Positions 10,109 through 19,972 of a stretch of 64,000 nt of DNA are shown here, one piece after another. The stretch is from positions 89,937 through 153,936 of the forward strand of contig JAHEGU010000001.1 of the NCBI GenBank assembly GCA_024644945.1, read 5' to 3'. The notes beneath the pieces were generated by a model. The model searched no databases. It worked only from the letters and a program-made list of their open reading frames with translations, and was not told the origin of the DNA. How positions within the stretch are numbered: position 1 is the stretch's first letter; each line of letters starts with the position of its first letter. The position numbers and the translations under genes are program-made. The DNA comes from Gammaproteobacteria bacterium. GTDB lineage: Bacteria; Pseudomonadota; Gammaproteobacteria; Arenicellales; Poriferihabitantaceae.

Positions 10109-11005
10109 CTATGGAAGCCTATACAAGCGCCGCGCATTCTCGAATGCCACTTTTGGCTGAATCTGAGGCGGCAGTTCGGCGATCCAGCTGCGGTGATAAT
10201 CAATCAATTGTTCAAAATAATCCCAGCCATCATCGGCCTGGTCCCAGGTTTGCGTGCGCGTCACTTTCCATACCGGGTCGGTACCGGTAATGAACCGGTC
10301 TGGATACTCGAGCACAAGCTCACGCCAGGCATCAAGGAGGTGACGATTGGCATCAGTCAAGCCGTCGAAGCGCCATGGGTCCCGCGCCGAAAATTCAATG
10401 GTTACGTTGACACAGGCTCTAATGATGTTACGAATGTGTCGCGCCTCGAGGTGACCGCCAGCGTGCGCGAAAATTAAAGTGAGCTGCGGGTGTCCTCGGC
10501 AAATATCCAGAAAGGTCTGCTCATTGCCGGCGTCGACATGGATCAACACCGGCACCTCGTATTCAATCGCTAGATGCATCAACTGCTGGAAGATAGGGTT
10601 ATCCGGTCGTGGCCTGAAACCTGACATAAAATGCACCTCACCGATACCGTGATACAAACGCTGACGCAATCCCGCTTCGGCCAGCTCCACCGTGCGCTGA
10701 TCAAGATACCAGTCCTGTCGCCCCAGCTCATGGGTATAGGGAGAAAAAATCGGCACGATCAAATCATCGCCTGCCTGTTTCAGTTCGAGCGCAAGCGCCG
10801 ATGGCGTGCTCGACACGACGGCAAAGTCTACCCCAGCCTGCCGTAACTTGTTCACCACCGTTGACGCATCGATGATTTCTTTTTGGTCCCAGTTGAAATG
10901 AATATGGGTGTCGGCAAATGGCATCTGCGCCTGCGCGCACCCGAGGCTGGATAACAGTGCGCTGATGATGAAAATACTGACTCGGAGTTTAGATAGCTGA
11001 GACAT
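10109..11005 (-). CDS. Amidohydrolase-superfamily metal-dependent hydrolase (TIM barrel), secreted
   Basis: The 298-aa ORF has a signal peptide (IFIISALLSSLGCAQA). It has an HxH metal motif (FADTHIHFNW) and later IHVDAG and IFAHAGGH. Confidence 0.7.
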   Translation of the reverse strand: MSQLSKLRVSIFIISALLSSLGCAQAQMPFADTHIHFNWDQKEIIDASTVVNKLRQAGVDFAVVSSTPSALALELKQAGDDLIVPIFSPYTHELGRQDWYLDQRTVELAEAGLRQRLYHGIGEVHFMSGFRPRPDNPIFQQLMHLAIEYEVPVLIHVDAGNEQTFLDICRGHPQLTLIFAHAGGHLEARHIRNIIRACVNVTIEFSARDPWRFDGLTDANRHLLDAWRELVLEYPDRFITGTDPVWKVTRTQTWDQADDGWDYFEQLIDYHRSWIAELPPQIQPKVAFENARRLYRLP

Positions 11006-11315
11006 CCCAAAAAAGGTGATAGATTATTTAAAAAGCAGGCGACTTTATCTAAGGATAACCTCAAATCGCCATGAAGGTGTGATCTCGAAATAAAAGAGAT
11101 GGTTCATGGATATTTATGCCTTTTTCTTCTTAAAAGGAACTGTGCTATTTTTCCTGCTATATTGCGATTTATCTCGTGTTGTATTGCACAACTTGCCAGA
11201 ATTTTTATTTCTGCAAACTTGTAGCCAGTTCTGTTTTATACGCCAACAAGTGCGGCGGGCGAAACACAAATAATTTTTCGACGCAGCTACTAATCGACGA
11301 AGAACCTGCTGACCG

Positions 11316-12599
11316 ATGAACAACGTACACCCATTATGCGATCCAAATCGACTTGCGGCGGTTGATTCTTATGAGTGTTTAGACACTCCGCCAGCGTTCG
11401 AGTATGACGCGCTTACCGAAATCGCCGCAGAAATTTGTGGGTTTCCGCTCGCGTTTATCAGTTTAATCAAAGAGCGCCGGCAGTGGTTCAAATCCAATTA
11501 TGGTGCGCCTGAAATTACGGAGATCCCTACCGAAGTCTCCGTCTGTTCCACTACGATTTGTGCAAATGAAATACTGTATGTTCCAGATCTGACCGAAGAT
11601 GAGCGGTTTAAAGATTATCCTGGAGTCACTGGCGAACCCTATATTCGGGCCTACTGTGGCATGCCATTGATTAATCCTGAAGGGTATGCGCTGGGCACGC
11701 TTTGCATAATGGATTTTGAACCGCACGCATTGACACCTGCGCAGCGCGAAACGGTGCGACGATTGTCGAGTCAAGCGATGTCATTGTTGGAGCTGCGCAG
11801 GCAGTTGATTTCTCGCGACGAAATGCTGAAAAAGGTAAACGTAGCAAGAAATGAAGCGGAAGTTGCACAGGCAAGATCCGAAGAAATATTGACGAGTGTG
11901 TTTCCGCCAGAAATCGCAACAGAACTCAAAAACGAAGGCCGAGTAGAGCCAAAATACTACGAACTGACAACCGTTATGTTTGCCGACTTTAAAGACTCTA
12001 CGCTGTTGACTGAAGGCATGGAGCCGGCGCGGTTAATAGAGCATTTGAACGAAAACTTCGCCATTATTGATGAAGTCGGACAGGCTAACAGAGTCACCAC
12101 ACTGCGTACTGTCGGTGACGGTTGCCTCTGCGTGGCGGGCCTGCCTGAACCCAATCGGACTCATCCACTAAACATGTGCCTGATGGCGCTCCAATTGCAG
12201 CAGAATATTGCGGAAAAAAATAGGCAGAGAGAAAAGTTCCGCCTTAATCCCTGGCAGCTACGTATCGGCATCAATACTGGATCCCTGGTTGCGGGTGTCG
12301 TGGGTACAACAAGATATACCTATGATGTATGGGGTAGTGCAGTCAACGCCGCGGCGCGACTTGAACAGGCTTGCGAACCTGGGCGGATTAACATATCGCC
12401 CAGCACATTGCACTATGTACAGGATTTCTTTGAGACCGAACCAAGGGGAAATATTTCGGTTAAAAACATGGGCAAGATAGACATGCATTTTTTGAACAGG
12501 ATAAAACCCGAGTATTCATTGGATGAGCAAGGATTTGCCCCAAATCAAGATTTGCTCAAGAAGGCAGGACTGGAAACGAATGGAAAAAGATTCGTCTAA
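11316..12599 (+). CDS. GAF domain / class III adenylate-guanylate cyclase
   Basis: The 427-aa ORF has a GAF-like N-terminus (LYVPDLTEDERFKD...GMPLINPEGYALGTLCIMD). Cyclase motifs follow: TVMFADFKDST, LRTVGDGCLCVAG, RIGINTGSLVAGVVG, YDVWGSAVNAAARLE. Confidence 0.85.
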   Translation: MNNVHPLCDPNRLAAVDSYECLDTPPAFEYDALTEIAAEICGFPLAFISLIKERRQWFKSNYGAPEITEIPTEVSVCSTTICANEILYVPDLTEDERFKDYPGVTGEPYIRAYCGMPLINPEGYALGTLCIMDFEPHALTPAQRETVRRLSSQAMSLLELRRQLISRDEMLKKVNVARNEAEVAQARSEEILTSVFPPEIATELKNEGRVEPKYYELTTVMFADFKDSTLLTEGMEPARLIEHLNENFAIIDEVGQANRVTTLRTVGDGCLCVAGLPEPNRTHPLNMCLMALQLQQNIAEKNRQREKFRLNPWQLRIGINTGSLVAGVVGTTRYTYDVWGSAVNAAARLEQACEPGRINISPSTLHYVQDFFETEPRGNISVKNMGKIDMHFLNRIKPEYSLDEQGFAPNQDLLKKAGLETNGKRFV

Positions 12600-12619
12600 C
12601 CCAGGGCAGTTTTGTTTAG
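12597..12619 (+). repeat. Family A intergenic repeat (degenerate), overlapping the cyclase stop codon
   Basis: The sequence is taacccagggcagttttgtttag. Confidence 0.35.
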
Positions 12620-12791
12620 CACCAGGTAAGGCGAGCTGACTGATACGGACGCCTGGTAATGAGGACAAGTTCAGATCGTTGAATTATTGTTTAATCGGAA
12701 ACAAAAAGATCTGAAAAAAGGCGACGGAGTGATTATCGTTTCTGCGTAGCCTTAAACCTTTCGTTTAAAATTAGCCTGTTTCCTTTTCTCT

Positions 12792-14306
12792 CTAGAATGA
12801 AAAGGGTTGGGTGCGATGCAAATGTCGCCATATGGGCTGTGCGCCGCGCGCGCACTCTTGCATTCTGTCATCAGCCCAGGTACGAATAAAGGACAGGTCC
12901 TCTGATTTTACGCTCGCTGGATCAAGTGCTGCGAGAATCTGTACAGCTGTTTTCGCGTCGTTTGCTTGACCGAGGTAATCTTGAAATGCTTTCAATTCGT
13001 TCAGTAAATCGGAAGCGTCTTCGCTCCAGATTTCGCTAAAAAACTCTGCGGCATAACGCAGCTTTTTTCCGCGTTTACGGATCTCGTGAAGCTGTTCACT
13101 GGTAATGCGAGTGAGAGAACGTGTTTCCACTAAGAGCTCTTGTTGCGCCCGATGCAATACGCTGTATGCAAATGGTGCAATGGGTTGTTTCAGGTATCCC
13201 GTTTTTGCCCGCTCGAGGGCAGTAATCCACTTTTCAAATTCCAGTAATAACCGTGCATATCGTTTGGTCTGTATCAACCTCACGGTTTCCTTGGTCGCTA
13301 TGCGTCGTTCCTTGACGGCAAGTTTTCGCAATGTGGCATACACCGGTTCTCCACCGTTTTGCTCCTTTATCTGTGGCAGGGTTTCACTCACAAACACATG
13401 CCAGTCACGTGCAGGGCCGAAGCGCTGCTGGAACCAGCGGAATTCCCCATTAAAAGCTTTTCTCTTATCGTAGGGGAGACAGTCCTTGAACGCACGCAAT
13501 GCGGCACGTAATCGCCTAATCGCGACGCGGGTTTGGTGCACCCCTTTTGGGTGGCTCTTAAGAGTTGGCTTTTCGTTCTTGTATAAATGATCAAGGGACT
13601 CATGGACAATATGGCTGAAAGCTTCGCCTACTGTAAGTGCCTTATCGAGCTCCACCCCGCTGGAAGTCACGGGACCCTTTCGGTTTGCTGGACGTGTCAG
13701 CTGAAACCCACGATCTGCCTTTGTCAGGTGTTCGCGCTGCAGTTCGTATTTTTCAGATAGCTTGAGCGCAAGATCCTGTAGTGCCAGCGGATCGCCCTTG
13801 ATAAGCTTCATCCGCATCTCGCACATCGCTTCCCGTTTTTTCTTCGGGCGGCTGCTCGCTTCAACATAGCCCTCATCAAAAGTAAACTCGATTCGACTCG
13901 TTGCCGATTTAAGCTCAATTACCTCGCGTTCGCAGTGCACTTCGAAATAGGCCTGCAGCTTGAGGCCTCGGCGCCATCTCTTGATTACAGGTTTAAATGC
14001 GGAGCCTCGGAACAAATCAAGTTTAGGCTCCCCCTCTTTTACTGGAATCGATAGCTGCGTATGACCCTGCGTACTTGCCGCCAGGATTTCGGGCACTTTA
14101 AGGGTGAGGATGCGTTTGTCTTTGGTTTCGGTGAGTCGCAGTATAAAGCCCGCCTTGTATAGAATATGATGTGGTGAATCGAAATAGGTATTGACCAGGT
14201 GGTGGCGCTCCTTTCGTATCGGTTTCAGATCGCGACAAAGGGATTTGCGTATTCTGCGTGCGGTTTTTGTCGAAGACGAAAATCTGATTGTAGGCTTAAC
14301 TGACAT
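12792..14306 (-). CDS. CYTH plus CHAD domain protein (triphosphate-tunnel / polyphosphate-granule associated type)
   Basis: The 504-aa ORF has an N-terminal half with a CYTH-like beta-tunnel pattern (EIELKS, RMKLIKG). The C-terminal helical CHAD region contains VHQTRVAIRRLRAALRAF and LHEIRKRGKKLRYAAEFF. Confidence 0.75.
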   Translation of the reverse strand: MSVKPTIRFSSSTKTARRIRKSLCRDLKPIRKERHHLVNTYFDSPHHILYKAGFILRLTETKDKRILTLKVPEILAASTQGHTQLSIPVKEGEPKLDLFRGSAFKPVIKRWRRGLKLQAYFEVHCEREVIELKSATSRIEFTFDEGYVEASSRPKKKREAMCEMRMKLIKGDPLALQDLALKLSEKYELQREHLTKADRGFQLTRPANRKGPVTSSGVELDKALTVGEAFSHIVHESLDHLYKNEKPTLKSHPKGVHQTRVAIRRLRAALRAFKDCLPYDKRKAFNGEFRWFQQRFGPARDWHVFVSETLPQIKEQNGGEPVYATLRKLAVKERRIATKETVRLIQTKRYARLLLEFEKWITALERAKTGYLKQPIAPFAYSVLHRAQQELLVETRSLTRITSEQLHEIRKRGKKLRYAAEFFSEIWSEDASDLLNELKAFQDYLGQANDAKTAVQILAALDPASVKSEDLSFIRTWADDRMQECARGAQPIWRHLHRTQPFSF

Positions 14307-14555
14307 GCTTATTTGTATTCATCGAATAAGAATGGGGGCGGCGCGAAATGAATGTTCAGAAAGCGTTGCTCGATCTTTGTTCGGAATGGCTGCGTGACAA
14401 GGGTGAAAAGTTTTAGTCTCTCTAATAATCGTTATACCCATGGTCGCTGTTATAACATATCAATCGTACTTTCACCTTTAAGACTATCGTTTATCTGCGG
14501 CGTTCTCTATTCTTCAAAAAAAGGTGACAGAGTGAGTGGTACTAGGCGAACTAGT

Positions 14556-14578
14556 GAAAAACCGGGACAGATTTATTT
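14556..14578 (+). repeat. Family A intergenic repeat
   Basis: The sequence is gaaaaaccgggacagatttattt, 21 bp beyond the ATP-grasp gene stop. Confidence 0.65.
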
Positions 14579-14598
14579 GACTCGATCCCTTTCGCTGT

Positions 14599-15573
14599 CT
14601 AGCAATCGATATTTAGAATCCGGCAGACGAAATCGGCAAATCGCTGTTCCGGCGAGAATCCTAACAATTTCTCTCCATCGCTGACGAAATTGGAATAGGG
14701 ATTGAAGTCGTAATAACATGGCTGGCCGGTGTCGGTATCCATAAAGTATTCGACACCTCCGAAATCTGCACCGCTGGCTTTAATAATCCGGATGACATTA
14801 TTAAGGATGGTTGGTGCCGGGTTATGGGTTTGTATTCCACCGGCACCGTTTATTCTGCGGAAATCCAAATCACCGCCTTCCCTAGCGGGTTGTTCCACGT
14901 TAACAACTTGCTTCGGCTCATCCGTGCTGCAACCGTCCGCAGCACAATAGTTGAACTCACCCGCGACCAGCGGTTGCTTGATACTGTAAAACAATGCATC
15001 GCCCAGCACCTCCACCCGATAAACGAAACCGTCTGAGCGGATGTATTGCTGTACGATTCCGGTTCGATCGACGCCTAAATCCAGCGCTTTGAACTTCACT
15101 GCCTGCTCAAGTTCTGACCGATTTTCGTATAAGCCGATGCCGCTGCCTGATCCACCGATATTAGGTTTGATGATGACCGGATAGCCTATTTGCTTGGCCG
15201 CATCCATCGCGTCCTCCTGACGGTAGATCGCTATGCCATTCGGGTAAGCCAGGTTCAGGGAGGAGAACACACCGTTTTGCATCGCTTTGGAGGATCCGAT
15301 GGCGTGGGCGCGTGAACCGTTGATCACCCGCGCCCCACTCTGCTCCAGCCAGTTCAGGTAATGCTGAGTCTGGAACACGACCTGGGGCAGTCGGTCAGCG
15401 GATGGCATGATGTTAATGCGATTGATCGCCACCGAGAATTCGCAGCTGTTGGCGTCCGTATCAAAGCGCAATTCGGCCACGTTCACCGGCACGATGCCTG
15501 GAATTCGTCGCTGCAATACTAAGAGCAGCTGATCCGACCAGGTCGGGTGTTCATATAGAAAAGCGATACGCAT
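14599..15573 (-). CDS. ATP-grasp fold ligase (RimK/glutathione-synthetase-like)
   Basis: The 324-aa ORF contains YPVIIKPNIGGSGSGIGLY (glycine-rich ATP-grasp loop), VQQYI and GGVEYFMD. The substrate is unknown. Confidence 0.7.
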   Translation of the reverse strand: MRIAFLYEHPTWSDQLLLVLQRRIPGIVPVNVAELRFDTDANSCEFSVAINRINIMPSADRLPQVVFQTQHYLNWLEQSGARVINGSRAHAIGSSKAMQNGVFSSLNLAYPNGIAIYRQEDAMDAAKQIGYPVIIKPNIGGSGSGIGLYENRSELEQAVKFKALDLGVDRTGIVQQYIRSDGFVYRVEVLGDALFYSIKQPLVAGEFNYCAADGCSTDEPKQVVNVEQPAREGGDLDFRRINGAGGIQTHNPAPTILNNVIRIIKASGADFGGVEYFMDTDTGQPCYYDFNPYSNFVSDGEKLLGFSPEQRFADFVCRILNIDC

Positions 15574-15671
15574 GGTGGTGAAGGATAAATGAGGGCTTGA
15601 ACGCAGGGATAAGATTTTAGTAGAAAACAGTATCGTGACTAAAAAGGTGACGAAGAAACTAATAAAAACCG

Positions 15672-15696
15672 GTAAAAACCGGGACAGATCTATTTT
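15672..15696 (+). repeat. Family A intergenic repeat
   Basis: The sequence is gtaaaaaccgggacagatctatttt, preceded by a partial duplicate aataaaaaccg. Confidence 0.65.
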
Positions 15697-15805
15697 GATA
15701 CTTAGAGAAATCTAACAATATTCGCTCAGTTTGATCTGAACAAACAAGCGATTTGGGTTAATCTCACTTCTAGGTGAAATTATCGATGAATTTCGGAGAA
15801 AAAAC

Positions 15806-16093
15806 ATGGCATATGTACTGGCGGTAACCTGGACAGCGAAAGAAGATCACGAGGCGGAGGTCCACGAAATTCTGCGTATGCTTGGAGATGCATCACGGCA
15901 AGAGCCGGGCGTCATTACCTATACGACTCATGTTGATCCGGACAATCCACGCGAGTTTTTCATTTATGAAAAATATCACGACGTCAGCGGTCTTGAGGCG
16001 CACCAGGAGACCGCGCATTTTAAGGAGTTCGTACTCGAAAAGGCGATACCCCTGCTTGAGGCCAGGGTCCGCAGAACACTCGTCGATTTTTAA
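15806..16093 (+). CDS. Antibiotic-biosynthesis-monooxygenase (ABM) family small protein
   Basis: The 95-aa ORF has a ferredoxin-like ABM pattern (FFIYEKYHDVSGLEAHQETAHFKEF). Confidence 0.7.
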   Translation: MAYVLAVTWTAKEDHEAEVHEILRMLGDASRQEPGVITYTTHVDPDNPREFFIYEKYHDVSGLEAHQETAHFKEFVLEKAIPLLEARVRRTLVDF

Positions 16094-16415
16094 GTAGATA
16101 AAAGACGAAAACACCACAACAGATTCATATTCCCCAATCTTCACGCTGGATCATACAGTTTTTGTATTTGAAGGAGCAGGCAAATGGGAGATAGCGAGAC
16201 AGGGCAGGTGTCGGAAGACACCAGACTGCAGCAGGTATTGACGTATGAATGGTCTAGATAAATTACCGGATATTTTTTCGCACGGCACGGGGTTGTGAAA
16301 CTATTGCATTGCGTCGTTCTTTGCACCGAAGGGTTGATAAGTCAATATTGCAATGTTCAGCGAAGGAATGCGGTATTTATGGGGCGAAGGGATATCTCTG
16401 TAGCTTGACTGGTCC

Positions 16416-16838
16416 TCATTTAAGTTTGCTGCCTTTGCGTTTAGAGGGTGTCGGCGCGTTTTTGGCCACATAGCGGTGGCTTTCTACGAGTTTGAGCAAA
16501 TCGAAGGCGCTTAACATGCCCACTACCGTCTGTTCGTGGGTGACGACAACGCGGTGGATACTGTGGTTGCGCATTATCCGTGCGGCAATACTGGTGTCGT
16601 CATACTGCGGCACGGTGTAAACTTTTTCCGTCATAACATGGCTGATAGGCGTGTTTGGCTTCAGCTCATGCGCCAGATCAGTAGAGGACACGATCCCCAC
16701 GGGATGGCCATCACTATCCACCACAGGTACTGCGCTGATTGAGTTATTTTCCAGCATGTTACGCACATGCTCGACGCTCTGATGCGGTTCGGCGGTTACG
16801 ACCGATTTGGTCATTAATTCTTCGACTTTTACATTCAT
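16416..16838 (-). CDS. CBS domain pair protein
   Basis: Two CBS repeats are present (VEELMTKSVVTAEP...ISAVPVVD; HVMTEKVYTV...IHRVVVT). I chose the ATG at 16838, preceded by ggagaaacag, rather than the upstream extension to 16892. Confidence 0.8.
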   Translation of the reverse strand: MNVKVEELMTKSVVTAEPHQSVEHVRNMLENNSISAVPVVDSDGHPVGIVSSTDLAHELKPNTPISHVMTEKVYTVPQYDDTSIAARIMRNHSIHRVVVTHEQTVVGMLSAFDLLKLVESHRYVAKNAPTPSKRKGSKLK

Positions 16839-17193
16839 CTGTTTCTCCGGGAAGAGTCCATTGCTGCGAGAGTTTAGGAGGCTGGGCGCCACAGTAAGTA
16901 GATGTAAATCAAGTTATCGATATATCGACCTAGGCAAGAATTGGCCAGGAGCAGCCATACAATAATCACTTTACTTGATTCTAAGGCTAGAGTGTTCTTG
17001 GAAAGCAAGCTCCAATTCGCCTGCAATTCACTTTCAACTCACAATTCGTTCACAGAGTAGTTGGGATAGTAATCCGAGAAAATAAGGCCAATGCTGCAGA
17101 GAGGAGGCGTCTCTTGATGGGGAAGTTACGCGGCAAAATTGAGGGACTTGGTAAACACGATAGTCTACACAGGAGACGCTAAGGTCATCAGAT

Positions 17194-17856
17194 ATGAGAA
17201 AGTATACAAGGGTTTTCCTAACCGGAGCGGTGATGTTGACAATAACAGCGTGTTCAATGTTTGGTCATTCAGATGTTGAAACTGCACCTTACAGAATTTC
17301 AAAAAGTGATGGTCAGATTGAGATACGTCACTACGAAATGCTTGTTTTGGTTTCTGCGTCGATGAATGGAGATTTGGATAACAATGAAGGTGCCTTTAAC
17401 AAATTATTTAGATATATCTCTGGTGAAAATACAGGTGCGGCTAAAATAGCGATGACTGCACCTGTTCTGATGGATCCTGCCGGTTCGGAAGGTCAAAAGA
17501 TTTCGATGACATCGCCAGTTATAGTAGACCAGGATGAAAATTCCAGAAACTGGACCATGTCCTTTGTGTTACCAAGTACATTTACTTATGAGACGGCTCC
17601 ACGTCCGACAAATCCCGATGTAACGCTGAATAAAATTACCGATCTTGAGGTGGCAGCGATTCAATTCAGCGGAATCTTAAACAATAAGAATGCGCAAAAG
17701 TACAGAAGCAAACTTGAGACATGGATCTTGGATAACGGTTATAGAATTACAGGCCCTTACCAGACCGCTGGTTATAACCCACCCTGGACATTGCCGAACA
17801 TGCGCCGTAATGAAGTATTAATTCCGATAGAGAAAGCATCCATAGTCGAGGGCTGA
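17194..17856 (+). CDS. SOUL/HEBP heme-binding family lipoprotein
   Basis: The 220-aa ORF has a lipobox (MLTITAC). SOUL-like blocks are present: ETAPYRI...IEIRHYE, MTAPV, AAIQFSG, AGYNPPW. Confidence 0.75.
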   Translation: MRKYTRVFLTGAVMLTITACSMFGHSDVETAPYRISKSDGQIEIRHYEMLVLVSASMNGDLDNNEGAFNKLFRYISGENTGAAKIAMTAPVLMDPAGSEGQKISMTSPVIVDQDENSRNWTMSFVLPSTFTYETAPRPTNPDVTLNKITDLEVAAIQFSGILNNKNAQKYRSKLETWILDNGYRITGPYQTAGYNPPWTLPNMRRNEVLIPIEKASIVEG

Positions 17857-17883
17857 ATCTTGGAGATCCGAACATGATGAGCA

Positions 17884-17940
17884 AATAACCAGAACAGATT
17901 TAGTTTCTGACTTGGATAAAATAGATCGGTCCCTGTTTAT
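17884..17940. repeat. Convergent pair of family A repeats between convergent genes
   Basis: The forward copy is aaataaccagaacagatttagttt (17884-17907). The reverse copy is aaaatagatcggtccctgtttat (17918-17940). Confidence 0.55.
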
Positions 17941-17981
17941 ACTCCAGCCTGGTAAATCATAAGAATTGCGTCTTAATACTA

Positions 17982-19730
17982 CTACTCATTAAGATCCGAG
18001 TAGAAATTTCTTCTAACCTCCTTGATCAAACGCGCAATCTGCGACTTAACTTCTCTCTGCTGGCGTATGAACTCTGATACTAATTGTTTGCGCTCCAGCA
18101 TCAGATTATCTTTGAGCTTACGATCATCTTTATGGTCGAGCTCTTTTAAGCTGCCGCTGGTATCAACTAACTTTGGTAAGGTGGTCGAAATGTGGTTTAG
18201 GGTAACTTTCCTGATTCGTCCACACATGTCTTCAAATTTCTGCTTCAGTGCTGCGCTTTCCACTGTTCTTAAACATCGAGACAGTTGAATTTTTACATCC
18301 AAGTAGTGCTCGGTGTCTTCAAGTGAGATCTGCTCCAGTATATCGGCACCCATATCCTTAGCTGTTGGTGTAACAAATACCTTGTCTAGAAATTGATTCC
18401 AGCGATTAGTAGCATCAATTAAAAGAGCGAGGTCGTTTGCATCGATGTGATCCCTGAACATTACCTGGTGTCCGGCGTCACGATATTGATCCGGCGTCTC
18501 GTTAACACTATGGAGCTGGCTTAAAATGCGGTCAACAAGGTCGTCCTGATTGCGGTCTTCCAGTTCACGTCGCCACTCCAGTTTACAGCTGCAATCGATT
18601 TCGTCAAAATGGCTGGTTTTGCCGGTCGCATTGTACTCGCGCAGGCCTTGGTAGCATTTTTCATCGCAGCTTGGACAGTTGTGAACATATTCTCGAGGAG
18701 GTGGATACAATTCGAACCCTCCCGCCCGAACGTCTCCCAGAAAGTGAGTCTGACGAATCACTTCGAATAATGACCAGGTCCATGGCGATCGGTAAAGATT
18801 TGCTTCGTTGAGACGCGCGACGGTTGTGTTGTCCTGGACGGAGACAGGCTCAATGCTAACCGCCTTCACGCCGTGTTCGAAGGCGAATTTTATCGACCGC
18901 ACGCAATCGTCAATCGCTGTTTGTTCGTCCAGGAACAAGGGTTTCATCAGGCAGTATGCAAGCGCCTCGACCTCGAATTCACGCATTACCGCGAAAGCAT
19001 TAATGTAATCCGACAGAGTGTTTCTTTTGTTTACACAAAACAATCGAATATCGTCGTTGACGCTTTCGAAACCCACTCCGATCTGTAGTCGTTTGTTACC
19101 GACCGCCTCCCGTACTGAGGCGATTGACTTGCGGGTCACAAGCTCGGGTAGTGATTCGAAGATAATCATTTCGACATCTTCGTTTGACGCTACCGTTTGC
19201 AATAATTCGTGCCGAACTGCGACAGGTATTTCCGACGACGACAACAGAGAACCACCATTGTAAATGGCGACCACTTTTGTGTCGGAGTAATCATAGCTAA
19301 AGAATGCTTCGCGAAATCCTTCGATATAGTCGGCCATCGATACGCAGTTTTGGGTGTCCATTCCGCTCACGTGCCCGCACATCAGACAACCACCACCGTT
19401 AGCGCGTGCCCACGTACATCCCTTACCGCGAACATAGAAGATTCTTCGTTGGGTGCGTTCTCCATCCAATAGATGAGGCTGTATGCTGACACCCCCTAAT
19501 GCGCTGGACTTCGAGCTCAGATCTGATTCGTGATAAAGTCGTGATTTGGATTGTTCGTTGATCGATTTGACCAAATCCAGGGCCTCTAGTCGGCGCGTCT
19601 CAACTGAGCTGTCCCTCAAATGAGCGGGGTAGACAGCACTTGGAAATTTCTTCTCACCCCAGGCCAATGTGCCGGTGGTGATTGCGGCGGGTATGTCGAC
19701 TGGGTCCGGTGTCTTTGGTTTTTCGGGCAT
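17982..19730 (-). CDS. Radical SAM superfamily enzyme with non-canonical CX9CX2C motif (RaSEA/TIGR01210-like by recollection) plus a unique ~175-aa C-terminal helical domain
   Basis: The 582-aa ORF contains GKGCTWARANGGGCLMCGH (C-x9-C-x2-C). It has an AIYNGGSLLS SAM-binding-like motif and a TIM-like core. A Cys-rich post-core region follows (HNCPSCDEKC...DCSCKLEW). Residues from about 410 to 582 are paralogous to ORF 21647-22276. Confidence 0.65.
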   Translation of the reverse strand: MPEKPKTPDPVDIPAAITTGTLAWGEKKFPSAVYPAHLRDSSVETRRLEALDLVKSINEQSKSRLYHESDLSSKSSALGGVSIQPHLLDGERTQRRIFYVRGKGCTWARANGGGCLMCGHVSGMDTQNCVSMADYIEGFREAFFSYDYSDTKVVAIYNGGSLLSSSEIPVAVRHELLQTVASNEDVEMIIFESLPELVTRKSIASVREAVGNKRLQIGVGFESVNDDIRLFCVNKRNTLSDYINAFAVMREFEVEALAYCLMKPLFLDEQTAIDDCVRSIKFAFEHGVKAVSIEPVSVQDNTTVARLNEANLYRSPWTWSLFEVIRQTHFLGDVRAGGFELYPPPREYVHNCPSCDEKCYQGLREYNATGKTSHFDEIDCSCKLEWRRELEDRNQDDLVDRILSQLHSVNETPDQYRDAGHQVMFRDHIDANDLALLIDATNRWNQFLDKVFVTPTAKDMGADILEQISLEDTEHYLDVKIQLSRCLRTVESAALKQKFEDMCGRIRKVTLNHISTTLPKLVDTSGSLKELDHKDDRKLKDNLMLERKQLVSEFIRQQREVKSQIARLIKEVRRNFYSDLNE

Positions 19731-19809
19731 GGTGCGTTCCTAGTATTTTTGTTTGAGCCGACATAAAAAAGTCGGATTACGCTCAACACAATCCAGTTAA
19801 CGTCGCATC

Positions 19810-19867
19810 ATTGCCACTATTGCCACTTTTTTCTTTTCTGAGCTCCTCCAATCACACCTCCAATCAC
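19810..19867. promoter_or_regulatory. Two sets of tandem direct repeats upstream of the radical SAM gene (candidate regulator sites)
   Basis: attgccact occurs twice (19810-19827). cctccaatcac occurs twice with a 12-bp period (19845-19855, 19857-19867). They lie 80-137 bp upstream of the start codon at 19730. Confidence 0.3.
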
Positions 19868-19972
19868 CGTCTTTATAATGTGGATTAACAAATGTTCCTA
19901 TCAGACTGGTTGATCACGTTATTTTATGGTACGGAATTTTACTTCCGGACGCAACTTTTTAGCATTCAGCCC

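Noticed and set aside
14352-14684. A 110-aa plus-strand ORF spanning the CYTH-CHAD/ATP-grasp spacer.
   Set aside because: It overlaps the ATP-grasp gene 3' end and a family A repeat. Its composition is atypical and it has no motifs.
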